Assembly: GCA_029245345.1 (NCBI GenBank)
Contig: JAQWPM010000002.1
Location: 29,284-93,283 of the forward strand
Direction: 5' to 3'
Length of the DNA: 64,000 bases
Source of the DNA: Longimicrobiales bacterium
GTDB lineage: Bacteria > Gemmatimonadota > Gemmatimonadetes > Longimicrobiales > Gaopeijiaceae
Made by a program: the position numbers and the translations under genes. The number at the start of each line of letters is the position of its first letter. Within the stretch, counting starts at the first letter, position 1. This document shows, in pieces, positions 45,297-55,096 of this stretch. The notes below the pieces were generated by a model. That model was not told where the DNA came from, did no database searches, and saw only the letters and a program-made list of their open reading frames with translations.

Positions 45297-46891
45297 TGTC
45301 TGCAACTGTCACCCTGACCATAGACGGTCACGAGGTCACGGTCCCGAGGGGGACCACGATTCTCGAGGCTGCCAAGACGATTGGGCGGGAAGTCCCTCAC
45401 TACTGCTACCATCCCGGCATGTCGTCTCCGGCGATGTGCCGTCTTTGCCTGGTCGAGGTGGAGGGTGCGCCCAAGCCGATGCCTGGCTGCGTAACCACCG
45501 TCACGGACGGACAGGTCGTGCATACGGAATCCGAGCAAGCCAAATCCGATCGGCAGGGCGTGCTCGAGTTCTACTTGGTGAATCACCCGCTGGATTGTCC
45601 AATCTGCGACATGTCCGGTGAGTGTAATCTCCAGGACTACGTGCATGAGGAGGGCCGTGAGCATGGACGCTCCCGTGAGCCAAAGCGAATCTTCGGCCGC
45701 GACGATTTCGGCGGCGACGTGCTCTTCTACGGAGACCGCTGCGTGATGTGCACGCGGTGTGTCCGCTTCATGAGCGAAGTCGAGCAGGATCACCGGCTGA
45801 CGGTTGTCGAACGAGGGAACCGTTCGGTCATCGACACCTTCTTCGAAGAGGGTCTCGAAGGCACGAACTGGGCCGGGAACATCGTCGACATCTGTCCCGT
45901 TGGTGCGCTCGTTTCGAAGGACTTCCTGCATAAGGCACGAGCGTGGGACTTGGATCACACGCCTTCTGTGTGCACGAGTTGCTCCCAGGGGTGCAACATC
46001 GATCTGCACACTCGTGACAACCTCGTGCAGCGCTTGAAGCCGCGTGAGAATCTGGATGTGAACGGCTGGTGGATGTGCGACGAAGGCCGGCACAACTACG
46101 AGTGGATCAACAAAGGTGACCGGATCGAGGCACCGTTGGTGCGGGACTCGGGCACCGCAAAGGCAGTGGGATGGAAGGATGCGCTCACCGGGTTGCTCGC
46201 TGCCGCGGGTGCCCTCGATGGCGCGAAGATAATGGCTGTTGCATCCCCCCTCGCCTCGAACGAAGACCTTGGTGCCTTTACAGGACTGGTCGAAGCATTA
46301 GGCGGTGGGGACACCGTGTACCGTTCGGCCAGGGCCGAATCAGAGGTCGTTCTGAAGGGCTTCCCGACGCTCGCACGAAGGAAGGATCTGGCCGCCAACG
46401 TCCATGGCGCGGACCTCGTGGGAGCGACGCGTGTCGGTGGTGATGACGCGAACGGTGGCCTGGACGAGATCGCTGGCCACAGTGGCGTCATCTTGGTCTT
46501 GGGTGACGCGCTCGCTGACCAGGACGAGTCGTTCGGCAGTGATGCCGCCCTCTACGTCTACGTGGGGACTCACATGAGCGAGGCGACCGGGAATGCTCAC
46601 TATGTTCTCCCGGTGACGACATTCGCGGAGCAGGAAGGCACGTTTACGAACCTCGACGGCCGGGTCCAGCGTTTCTGGCCAGGCGTGGAGGCACCCGGCA
46701 TGGCCCGCCCCGCCTGGTTCGTCCTCGGCGCGATGGTCGCTGAAATGACGGAAGGAGAGGGGGCTCGCAGTGCGGCAGACGCGTTTGCCCAGCTTGCCGG
46801 CTCAGTCCAAGCGTTCGGTGGTATGTCCTACGATGACCTCGGAACACGCGGAGCTGTTGTGAACGAGACCGTTTCGTTGGCGGGAGACTGA
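45296..46891 (+). CDS. nuoG: NADH-quinone oxidoreductase subunit G (short, 531-aa form)
   Basis: 2Fe-2S block CYHPGMSSPAMCRLCLVEV, the block HPLDCPICDMSGECNLQ, and CVMCTRCVRF plus ICPVGAL 4Fe-4S motifs. Confidence 0.9.
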   Translation: MSATVTLTIDGHEVTVPRGTTILEAAKTIGREVPHYCYHPGMSSPAMCRLCLVEVEGAPKPMPGCVTTVTDGQVVHTESEQAKSDRQGVLEFYLVNHPLDCPICDMSGECNLQDYVHEEGREHGRSREPKRIFGRDDFGGDVLFYGDRCVMCTRCVRFMSEVEQDHRLTVVERGNRSVIDTFFEEGLEGTNWAGNIVDICPVGALVSKDFLHKARAWDLDHTPSVCTSCSQGCNIDLHTRDNLVQRLKPRENLDVNGWWMCDEGRHNYEWINKGDRIEAPLVRDSGTAKAVGWKDALTGLLAAAGALDGAKIMAVASPLASNEDLGAFTGLVEALGGGDTVYRSARAESEVVLKGFPTLARRKDLAANVHGADLVGATRVGGDDANGGLDEIAGHSGVILVLGDALADQDESFGSDAALYVYVGTHMSEATGNAHYVLPVTTFAEQEGTFTNLDGRVQRFWPGVEAPGMARPAWFVLGAMVAEMTEGEGARSAADAFAQLAGSVQAFGGMSYDDLGTRGAVVNETVSLAGD

Positions 46892-46893
46892 CC

Positions 46894-48207
46894 ATGGATT
46901 TTGTGCCCATCCACGGCGAACTCGACCTCGGCTTTGTGGCGATACCGTGGGCGCTTCTCGCTATGACAGCCAAGACCACCGGCATCTTCACGGTCTTGAT
47001 GCTGGTCGTTGCCTACACGACGCTCGCAGAGCGAAAGGTGTCAGCCTGGATCCAGGACCGTAATGGTCCCAACCGTGTCGGACCGTTCGGGCTGCTTCAG
47101 CCGATTGCGGACGGTATCAAAAACTTCTTGAAGGAAGAGACGCTGCCGGCCACGGCGTCGAGGGCGTTCTTTGTGCTCGCGCCGATCTTGGTGCTCTTTC
47201 CTTCGCTGGTGACGTTTGCGGTGATCCCGATCGCGGCGCCGCTCCCGACGCCCGTGGGCGTGGTCGACATGATCGTTGCCGATGTGCCGATCGGTATTCT
47301 CTACATCCTCGCTTTCAGCTCTCTTGCCGTGTACGGCGTGGTTCTGGGAGGTTGGGCCTCGAACAACAAATACGCCTTCCTGGGTGGGCTGCGTGCCTCT
47401 GCTCAGATGGTGAGTTACGAGGTTGCCCTCGGTCTGTCGTTGATCACGGTCTTGATGCTCTCGGGGAACGTGACGCTCACCGAGATCATCTGGCAGCAGC
47501 AGCAACTAGGAATGTGGTATGCGTTCCCGCTGTCGCTCGCCTTTCTACTCTTCGTGATTTCCGCGTTCGCCGAGACGAACCGCCTTCCGTTCGATATGCC
47601 TGAAGCAGAATCGGAGTTGGTGACGGGTTACCACACCGAGTACTCGGCCATGAAGTTCTCCGCTTTTATGATCTCGGAGTTCGGGCACATGGTGACTGCC
47701 TCTGCGCTCATGGCGACGCTCTTCTTGGGCGGGTGGGACATCCCGTTCTGGACCGGGGACAACATGTTCTGGCACCAAGGACAGCTCATCAGTGGCTTCG
47801 CTGCCGACGGGAGCACAATCCTCGCCACTCCGGCTATTTGGAAGACGTTACTCACCCTCGCTGCGTTCGCCGTGAAGACCGGGTTCTTCCTAGTCCTCTA
47901 TATCTGGATCCGCTGGACGCTCCCACGCTTCCGCTACGACCAGGTTATGGCACTCGGGTGGAAGGTGATGCTGCCGACTTCACTTGCCTACGTCATGCTG
48001 ATGGCAGGAACGATCCTCACGCTCGATGAGATCGGGATGGCATTTGGCTTCGTATACGGCCTTGCTCTGACAGCGGTCAGTTTGGCCTGTACGATCGGAT
48101 TCGTGTTCTACCTGGACCGCGGCCGGATCATCACCGGTGCCGCTGCCCTCCATGCACAAAAAGTCGAGATCAAGACCATTTCTCAGCCCGCTCCGGCGGG
48201 GGATTAA
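46894..48207 (+). CDS. nuoH: NADH-quinone oxidoreductase subunit H
   Basis: LAERKVSAWIQDRNGPNRVGPFGLLQP, AETNRLPFDMPEAESELV and RWTLPRFRYDQ blocks. Confidence 0.92.
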   Translation: MDFVPIHGELDLGFVAIPWALLAMTAKTTGIFTVLMLVVAYTTLAERKVSAWIQDRNGPNRVGPFGLLQPIADGIKNFLKEETLPATASRAFFVLAPILVLFPSLVTFAVIPIAAPLPTPVGVVDMIVADVPIGILYILAFSSLAVYGVVLGGWASNNKYAFLGGLRASAQMVSYEVALGLSLITVLMLSGNVTLTEIIWQQQQLGMWYAFPLSLAFLLFVISAFAETNRLPFDMPEAESELVTGYHTEYSAMKFSAFMISEFGHMVTASALMATLFLGGWDIPFWTGDNMFWHQGQLISGFAADGSTILATPAIWKTLLTLAAFAVKTGFFLVLYIWIRWTLPRFRYDQVMALGWKVMLPTSLAYVMLMAGTILTLDEIGMAFGFVYGLALTAVSLACTIGFVFYLDRGRIITGAAALHAQKVEIKTISQPAPAGD

Positions 48208-48210
48208 CGG

Positions 48211-48711
48211 ATGGCGATTTCAGTAAAAGTCATGCACCGACCGGAGCCGGAGACTACCTCCTACCTCCGCGCCGCATTGAGCGGCATGGCGCTGACATTC
48301 AAGCACATGATCAGTCCGACGAGTGTCACGCAGCAGTACCCCGAGGAGGAGACTGATCTGAGCCCTCGGTGGCGCGGCACACATCGCATGGAGGTCCATG
48401 CAGACGGTCGTCCGAAGTGTGTGGCGTGCGGGCTGTGCCCCACGGTCTGCCCCGCAAATTGCATCAAACTTGTCGGTGGAGAGGACGACCAAGGGAATCG
48501 TTACCCGATCGTCTATGAGATCGACGAGTTCCGCTGCATTTTTTGCGGGATGTGCCAAGAGGTATGTCCTGTGGAAGCGATCCACGTAGGCCGGCACTTC
48601 GAAAACGCCGAATACACTAGAGACCGGTTCGTGTACGACCTGGACCGGTTAATGGAGCAAGACCATCCGACCACTCTCTTGTGGGATCCGTCCGATCCGA
48701 GGAGCGAATAG
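48211..48711 (+). CDS. nuoI: NADH-quinone oxidoreductase subunit I (2x 4Fe-4S ferredoxin)
   Basis: CVACGLCPTVCP and CIFCGMCQEVCP motifs. Confidence 0.92.
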   Translation: MAISVKVMHRPEPETTSYLRAALSGMALTFKHMISPTSVTQQYPEEETDLSPRWRGTHRMEVHADGRPKCVACGLCPTVCPANCIKLVGGEDDQGNRYPIVYEIDEFRCIFCGMCQEVCPVEAIHVGRHFENAEYTRDRFVYDLDRLMEQDHPTTLLWDPSDPRSE

Positions 48712-49232
48712 TGGTCGACATCCTCTTCTACGTCTTTGGGTTCGTCGCGGTCGGCGGCGCCTTGGGCGTCGTCTTGGCGAAGAGCCCGGTGGGTTCGCTC
48801 CTCTTCATGGTGACGACACTGGCCAGTATGGCCGGGACGTTCGTTCTCCTTGAGGCGCATTTCCTCGCTGCGATCCAGATCATCGTCTACGCAGGCGCGA
48901 TCATGGTGCTCTTCCTCTTCGTCATCATGCTCCTGAACTTGGGGCACGACTACGAGAGGGATCTCAAAGGCGGCGTCTTCTCGATCATCTCGTTCGCCAC
49001 GGTGGGCGCGATGGCGGGTGTGCTTCAGCGTCAATTTCGCGGGGCTGCACTCCCGGACGCGATCACCACCGGGGGCGCGTCCATCGATGCTGCGCTCGCG
49101 GAATTCGGTGTCGTTGGCGCGATCGCTGAGCCGCTCTACACGACTTATGTGGTCGCATTCGAGATCACGGGAATCCTGCTCCTCGTGGCGATCGTCGGCG
49201 CGCTCGTTCTGGCCAAGAGGAGTCCGGCATGA
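48711..49232 (+). CDS. nuoJ: NADH-quinone oxidoreductase subunit J
   Basis: Hydrophobic protein with the [23 protein letters not shown] block. GTG 48711 overlaps the nuoI TAG by 1 nt, and GGAG lies upstream. Confidence 0.88.
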   Translation: MVDILFYVFGFVAVGGALGVVLAKSPVGSLLFMVTTLASMAGTFVLLEAHFLAAIQIIVYAGAIMVLFLFVIMLLNLGHDYERDLKGGVFSIISFATVGAMAGVLQRQFRGAALPDAITTGGASIDAALAEFGVVGAIAEPLYTTYVVAFEITGILLLVAIVGALVLAKRSPA

Positions 49233-49522
49233 TCGCGCAAGCGCTGGTGCTCAGCGCGATCCTGTTCATGATCGGTACCGCCGGTGTGCTCATCCGCCGC
49301 AACGCGATCATCATGTTCCTGTGCATCGAGCTCCAGCTCAACGCAGTGAACCTGGCCTTCGTGGCGTTCTCGAGACTCCACGGTATAGAAGGCCAACTCT
49401 TCGTCTTCTTTGTGATGACGGTCGCGGCCGCTGAGGCGGCCGTCGGGTTGGCCATCATTATCTCGATCTTCAGGCATTACGAGACGGTGAACGTAGACAA
49501 TTTCAAACTGCTGAGGTGGTAG
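49229..49522 (+). CDS. nuoK: NADH-quinone oxidoreductase subunit K
   Basis: 97 aa with three helices and the blocks [16 protein letters not shown] and [17 protein letters not shown]. Confidence 0.9.
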   Translation: MIAQALVLSAILFMIGTAGVLIRRNAIIMFLCIELQLNAVNLAFVAFSRLHGIEGQLFVFFVMTVAAAEAAVGLAIIISIFRHYETVNVDNFKLLRW

Positions 49523-49526
49523 CGAC

Positions 49527-51680
49527 ATGTACGCTTCCTTAGCAGCGCTTCTCGGCCAGGGCGGCGCGCCCGCCGCGGAAGGTGCGGCTCACTTCGAGCC
49601 GTTCTTCCCTGGGATGATCATCCTTCTCCCGCTTCTCGGCTTCGTGCTGAATGGCCTCCTGGCCATCCGTCACGGAATGGCTTCGGCCGTCGCAGTGCGC
49701 GCAGGGGCAGAGCTCGACCTCGACGAAGGTGGACGCCCCGCGACGCACACGCTCCCGAGCCTCATCGGCCCGGGGGTCATGCTTCTCGCGTTCATCCTCA
49801 CGCTGGTGAACTTCATCCGCATGCTTGGGGCGCACCTCGAGGAGCCGGTGGTCATCAGCTACTGGACCTGGATGTCCACGGGCACGTTTGCTGTGGATGC
49901 CGCGATCCAGCTCGACCAGCTCTCCATGATCATGATGATGGTCGTGACGGGGGTCGGCTTCTTGATCCACGTGTTCAGCGTCGGCTATATGAAGGAAGAC
50001 GCTGGGTATCCGCGTTACTTCGCTTATCTGAACTTGTTCGTCTTCTTCATGCTCACCCTAGTCATGGGCGCGAGCTACCCGCTGATGTTCGTCGGCTGGG
50101 AAGGCGTGGGGCTCTGTTCGTATCTGTTGATCGGATTCTGGTTCGCCGATCGAGAGAAGTCGGACGCGGGTAAGAAGGCCTTCATCGTCAACCGTATCGG
50201 TGATGTCGGCTTCCTGGTCGCGATGTTCCTGCTCTACAAGACGTTCGGAACGCTCGACTTCGTACCGCTCTTCCACGATGCCGAGACGCTGGTGTACGGC
50301 GGCGGACTGGTGACAGCGATCACGCTGTTCTTCTTCCTCGGTGCCGCAGGGAAGAGCGCGCAGATGCCGCTCTACGTCTGGCTTCCGGACGCGATGGCGG
50401 GCCCGACGCCTGTTTCTGCGCTCATCCATGCTGCGACGATGGTCACGGCGGGTGTGTATTTGGTTGCTCGGTCCTCGGTCTACTTCGCCTTGTCACCCGT
50501 TGCGAGCGCGACCGTGGCAGGTGTGGGTGTGCTCACCGCGCTCTTTGCCGCGACGATTGCGCTCAAGCAGAACGACATCAAGAAGGTCCTTGCCTACTCC
50601 ACAATCTCCCAGCTCGGCTACATGTTCGTCGGGGTCGGGGTCGGTGCTTACGCCGCTGGTGTCTTCCACTTGATGACGCACGCCTTCTTTAAGGCTCTGC
50701 TCTTCATGGGTGCCGGGGCAGTGATTCACTCGATGCACAAGGCGTATCACACCACGCACAATCATGAGGACGCGCAGGACATGCGGAACATGGGCGGCTT
50801 GAAAAAGCATATGCCCATCACGTGGATCACGATGTGGGTCGCCACGCTCGCGATCGCGGGGATCTGGCCTTTCGCTGGCTTCTTCTCGAAAGATGAGATC
50901 ATCTGGCAGATCGGGGCCTTCGGCGGAGCTGCCAATGCTCCCTACCCGGCGCTCTATACGGTCTACTGGATCATCGCCTTAGCCGCAGCCATGCTCACCG
51001 CGTTCTACATGACGCGCATGATGGTCATGACGTTCCACGGTACGAATCGCACGGGAGAGGAAGAGGTCAAGAACCTCCACGAAGCCCCGGTCGTTATGTG
51101 GGTGCCGCTGGCGATTCTCGCGGTGCTGTCGCTGGTGGGTGGTTGGATCAACGTTCCACCTGCGATTCGGGAGTCCTTCTTAGGCCTCGGGCCGCTCACG
51201 AGCGAGTGGCTGCACCACTGGCTTGAGCCGATCACCGCTCAGGCTATGCATATCCAAGAGGCCAACCTAGGCGAGCTGTCCCATTCGGCACCGTTTGGTG
51301 GTGGCGAAGTCATGTGGGCCATCATCTCGACCGTGCTCGCCATGACAGTCGTGTTCGCGTCTGTGCGGTTCGTGGGCGGACAGAAGGTTGTGCCGGCCAA
51401 GGACTCACCGGAGCCGGCCGGCTTCTCGAAGGTTCTGCTCAACAAGTACTACGTGGACGAGTTCTACGACCGGTTCATCGTTCAGCCGATCATCCGCATG
51501 TCGCGGTTCTGCTGGAGGGTCATCGATGCTGGGATTATCGACGGCATCGTCAACGGGGTCGGGTGGACCGCCCGGGGCACAGGCTTCGTAGCCAGCATGC
51601 TCCAGACCGGTACGGTGAACACCTACGCATTCATTCTCACCGTCGGCGTCTTAGTCATCCTCGGAGTCTCGATCTTCTAA
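49527..51680 (+). CDS. nuoL: NADH-quinone oxidoreductase subunit L
   Basis: 717 aa, antiporter-like, with WEGVGLCSYLLIGFW, GKSAQMPLYVWLPDAMAGPTPVSALIHAATMV and STISQLGYM. Confidence 0.92.
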   Translation: MYASLAALLGQGGAPAAEGAAHFEPFFPGMIILLPLLGFVLNGLLAIRHGMASAVAVRAGAELDLDEGGRPATHTLPSLIGPGVMLLAFILTLVNFIRMLGAHLEEPVVISYWTWMSTGTFAVDAAIQLDQLSMIMMMVVTGVGFLIHVFSVGYMKEDAGYPRYFAYLNLFVFFMLTLVMGASYPLMFVGWEGVGLCSYLLIGFWFADREKSDAGKKAFIVNRIGDVGFLVAMFLLYKTFGTLDFVPLFHDAETLVYGGGLVTAITLFFFLGAAGKSAQMPLYVWLPDAMAGPTPVSALIHAATMVTAGVYLVARSSVYFALSPVASATVAGVGVLTALFAATIALKQNDIKKVLAYSTISQLGYMFVGVGVGAYAAGVFHLMTHAFFKALLFMGAGAVIHSMHKAYHTTHNHEDAQDMRNMGGLKKHMPITWITMWVATLAIAGIWPFAGFFSKDEIIWQIGAFGGAANAPYPALYTVYWIIALAAAMLTAFYMTRMMVMTFHGTNRTGEEEVKNLHEAPVVMWVPLAILAVLSLVGGWINVPPAIRESFLGLGPLTSEWLHHWLEPITAQAMHIQEANLGELSHSAPFGGGEVMWAIISTVLAMTVVFASVRFVGGQKVVPAKDSPEPAGFSKVLLNKYYVDEFYDRFIVQPIIRMSRFCWRVIDAGIIDGIVNGVGWTARGTGFVASMLQTGTVNTYAFILTVGVLVILGVSIF

Positions 51681-51822
51681 TGGACAGGCCGATGAAAACG
51701 GCGCCTGACGGCGTCACGGTCCGCGCGACTCGCTGCGACGTACTGCCTAGTACGTCTCGCTCCTCGTGCTCCCCTTCCTTGTCAGTCATCCGTTTTGAGC
51801 GGCCTCAGATGGGTGTGGGAGT

Positions 51823-53466
51823 ATGACTTCAATGCTCGAATCGATCGGCTACACAGGCTGGATTCTCCACGCCCTCATTTGGCTTCCCATGCTGGGTGTC
51901 GGCTTGGTGATGTGGGCCGAAGAAGAGCGGGCGAAGCAGATCGCGTTCTGGTGGTCTCTGGGCGTAATGGTCCTCAGTTTCGGTCTCTGGTGGTCGTTTG
52001 ACCCCGGCCAGGGTGCCATGCAGATGGAGACCAGTATCCCGTGGATCGCATCGTGGGGGGTGAGTTATTCCCTCGGTGTCGACGGGATTAGCCTCTTCAT
52101 GGTGATGCTGACGACCTTCAGTACGTCGATCGCCATCCTCGGATCGTTCAATTACATCAAGGAGCGACAGCGGGCCTTCTACGCGCTGATGCTCCTTCTT
52201 GAGGCAGGTGTTGTCGGCGTCTTCTGCGCCACGGACGTCTTCCTCTTCTACGTCTTCTTCGAGCTCACACTGGTCCCGATGTACTTCATCGTGGGCGTGT
52301 GGGGCGGGGAACGTCGCATTTATGCGGCCATCAAGTTCTTTCTTTACACGGCGTTAGGATCGCTGCTGATGCTCGTGGCGATCATGTACCTGTTCTTCAA
52401 GGCCAAGACGCTTCTAGGCTTCCCGACGTTCGCGTACGCTGATCTGCTTCAGGTACCGCTGACTGGGACGGAGCAATTCTGGCTCTTCAGTGCGTTCGCC
52501 CTCGCGTTCAGCGTGAAGGTTCCGGTATTCCCATTCCACACCTGGCTTCCAGACGCACACGTGGAAGCACCGACACCGGGTTCGGTTATCCTGGCCGCGG
52601 TCCTGCTTAAGATGGGCACCTACGGCTTCTTGAGATTCTTGCTGCCGCTCTTTCCGGTCGCCGCGCAACACCCGACGGTCGTCTCGACGATGTTGGTGCT
52701 GGGTGTCATCGGTATTTTGTATACCGCCTGGGTCGCTGCGGTGCAGCCAGACGCTAAGAAGCTGGTCGCCTACACATCGGTGGCGCACATGGGCTTTGTG
52801 GTGCTTGGGATCTTTGCGCTCACCGTGAACGGACTTCAGGGCGGCTTGGTCGTCATGATCTCCCATGGGATCAGCACAGGAGCGCTCTTCCTCCTGCTCG
52901 GCATGCTCTATGAGCGCCGGCACACGAGGAAGATCGAAGACTACGGTGGGATCGCTCGCGTGGCACCCCTTCTGACGAGCGCGTTTGTGCTCACAGCATT
53001 GGCTTCGATTGGACTGCCTGGTACCAGTGGCTTTATCGGTGAATTCTTGGCGCTTCTCGGCACCTTCGAGACACACCCCATCATCGCGGTTGTGGCTTCT
53101 CTCGGTGTGATCTTTGCCGCGTACTACATGTTGCCGATGGTCCAGACGATGTTCTTCAATAAGCTCGACAAGCCTGAGAACCGTGAGATTCAAGACCTCT
53201 CGCGCCGAGAAATGGTGATCCTCGCGCCTCTATGCGCTTTGATGATCGTGATCGGGTGGAACCCCACTCCGATTCTTGAGCGAATGGAACCGAGTGTTCG
53301 GGTGGTCCTCGAGCGTGTAGAGGCCGCCGCACCGGCAGGGCAGGCGTCGGTCGAGACCGAGGACGGCCTCCAAGTTGTGATCTTCCCGACGGCCGATGTG
53401 CCGGCGGGTGACTCCGAATCGAACGATGACGCCGTGGGTGACGACAACGTCACCGACGACAACTAA
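51823..53466 (+). CDS. nuoM: NADH-quinone oxidoreductase subunit M
   Basis: Antiporter-like, with FPFHTWLPDAHVEAPTPGSVILAAVLLKMG and AYTSVAHMG. The alternative start ATG 51832 has better spacing from GGGAG (51817-51821). Confidence 0.9.
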   Translation: MTSMLESIGYTGWILHALIWLPMLGVGLVMWAEEERAKQIAFWWSLGVMVLSFGLWWSFDPGQGAMQMETSIPWIASWGVSYSLGVDGISLFMVMLTTFSTSIAILGSFNYIKERQRAFYALMLLLEAGVVGVFCATDVFLFYVFFELTLVPMYFIVGVWGGERRIYAAIKFFLYTALGSLLMLVAIMYLFFKAKTLLGFPTFAYADLLQVPLTGTEQFWLFSAFALAFSVKVPVFPFHTWLPDAHVEAPTPGSVILAAVLLKMGTYGFLRFLLPLFPVAAQHPTVVSTMLVLGVIGILYTAWVAAVQPDAKKLVAYTSVAHMGFVVLGIFALTVNGLQGGLVVMISHGISTGALFLLLGMLYERRHTRKIEDYGGIARVAPLLTSAFVLTALASIGLPGTSGFIGEFLALLGTFETHPIIAVVASLGVIFAAYYMLPMVQTMFFNKLDKPENREIQDLSRREMVILAPLCALMIVIGWNPTPILERMEPSVRVVLERVEAAAPAGQASVETEDGLQVVIFPTADVPAGDSESNDDAVGDDNVTDDN

Positions 53467-53478
53467 CGCCAGCCGCTT

Positions 53479-55014
53479 ATGGAACTCGACTTCAGCCGGC
53501 AGCTCCACTTCGTATGGGCGCTCCTTCCCGAGATCGTACTGTGCGTTTGGGGGATGATCGTCCTCATCGCGGGGGTCTCGGGCAAAAATAAAGAAGGCTC
53601 CGACGCTCCGACCGGTGACCCGAGTTTCGGTCCGAGGGCGGACCTGGGGTGGTTTACCCTGATCGGAATCTTGGCGGCATCAGCCGCGAACGGTTGGCTC
53701 TACGGAGTCACCGAGGTCGGGAACACGTCGATGATCGCGGTCGATGGATTTCGCCTGTTCGCGAACTGGATCTTCCTGCTCGCGGCAGCCCTCACGGTGC
53801 TCATTTCCTTCGCATACATCTATCGGCAGAAGCTTCAGGCCGGAGAGTTCTATGCGCTGATCCTGTTCGCTACCGCGGGCATGATGTTCATGGCGGGCGC
53901 GCGCGACCTTATCGTGATTTTCCTCGGACTCGAGGTGATGTCGATCGCGGTGTACGCCTTAACGGCGTTCAACCGCCGGGACCGGAAGTCGGCTGAGGCC
54001 GGACTGAAGTACTTCCTTCTTGGTGCCTTCTCGACGGGGTTCTTCCTCTACGGGATCGCTCTGACGTATGGCGTAACTGGGAGCACGAATATCGCCGCCA
54101 TTGGGGACAGCGTCGCGAGTGGGGCGGCGACGCCCGGACTCCTCGTACTCGCTGTCGCTCTCCTCATGGTCGGCTTCGCATTCAAGGTATCTGCGGTGCC
54201 CTTCCACATGTGGACGCCTGACGTCTACGAGGGCGCCCCGGCTCCTGTCACCGCATGGATGTCTGCGGCTGTGAAAGCTGCAGCGTTCGTTGTTTTCCTT
54301 CGCGTTTTCCTAGTCGGCTTCGATGCTGCCTACGATTCGTGGTTTCCAATCATGTGGTGGCTTGCCGCGATCACCATGGTTGCCGCCAATCTGATTGCGC
54401 TCGTCCAGACGAATGTGAAAAGGATGCTCGCCTATTCGAGCATCGCACACGGTGGATACCTGCTCGTCGCGATGACCGCCGCAAATGAGAACGCTGCGGC
54501 CGGAATGTTGTTCTACTTGCTCGTGTATACGCTCATGAACATGGGCGCGTTTGCCATCGTGATCAGCGTGGCACACCAGGGGGAAGAACGGCTCTACATC
54601 GACGATTATGCGGGCTTCGGTTGGTCGCAGCCGGCGATGGGCGTCTTCCTCACGATCTTCTTGCTCTCGCTGGCGGGTTTCCCAGGAACCGGTGGGTTCA
54701 TGGGTAAGATCTTCCTGCTGCAGGGGGCGGCGGACGCCCAACTCTGGGTCCTGATGGTCATCCTCGTGATGACCACGATCGCCTCGTACTGGTATTATCT
54801 CCGGGTGGCATGGGTGATGTGGATGAAGAAATCCGCGGCTGCCGACCAGCACTCGATGGTCATTCAGCCGCTTCCCATGCGGTTGGCGCTGATCATCTGC
54901 GTCGGGCTGATTCTCTACACAGGGATCTTCCCAAGCGCCGCTCTGGACTTCGCTCGTGCCAGTGTGCAAGGACTGGGTGCGCTCGGGGGTGGTATGCTCG
55001 GGATGGCGCCCTAG
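53479..55014 (+). CDS. nuoN: NADH-quinone oxidoreductase subunit N
   Basis: Antiporter-like, with VPFHMWTPDVYEGAPAPVTAWMS and AYSSIAHGGY; it is the last gene of the nuoA-N series. Confidence 0.9.
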   Translation: MELDFSRQLHFVWALLPEIVLCVWGMIVLIAGVSGKNKEGSDAPTGDPSFGPRADLGWFTLIGILAASAANGWLYGVTEVGNTSMIAVDGFRLFANWIFLLAAALTVLISFAYIYRQKLQAGEFYALILFATAGMMFMAGARDLIVIFLGLEVMSIAVYALTAFNRRDRKSAEAGLKYFLLGAFSTGFFLYGIALTYGVTGSTNIAAIGDSVASGAATPGLLVLAVALLMVGFAFKVSAVPFHMWTPDVYEGAPAPVTAWMSAAVKAAAFVVFLRVFLVGFDAAYDSWFPIMWWLAAITMVAANLIALVQTNVKRMLAYSSIAHGGYLLVAMTAANENAAAGMLFYLLVYTLMNMGAFAIVISVAHQGEERLYIDDYAGFGWSQPAMGVFLTIFLLSLAGFPGTGGFMGKIFLLQGAADAQLWVLMVILVMTTIASYWYYLRVAWVMWMKKSAAADQHSMVIQPLPMRLALIICVGLILYTGIFPSAALDFARASVQGLGALGGGMLGMAP

Positions 55015-55096
55015 TCAGGATCGTGCGCTCGTCTCGTTTGGCGGTGCTCATGCAGCTATTTTTGCGCCCCATCGATAACCATCACCTGAGAGCCGT

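Noticed and set aside
45035-46093. 352-aa ORF on the minus strand across nuoF/nuoG
   Set aside because: It is fully antisense to two genes with unmistakable NuoF/NuoG motifs. Its product is Arg/His/Val-rich with no motifs, which is the typical shadow ORF of a high-GC genome.
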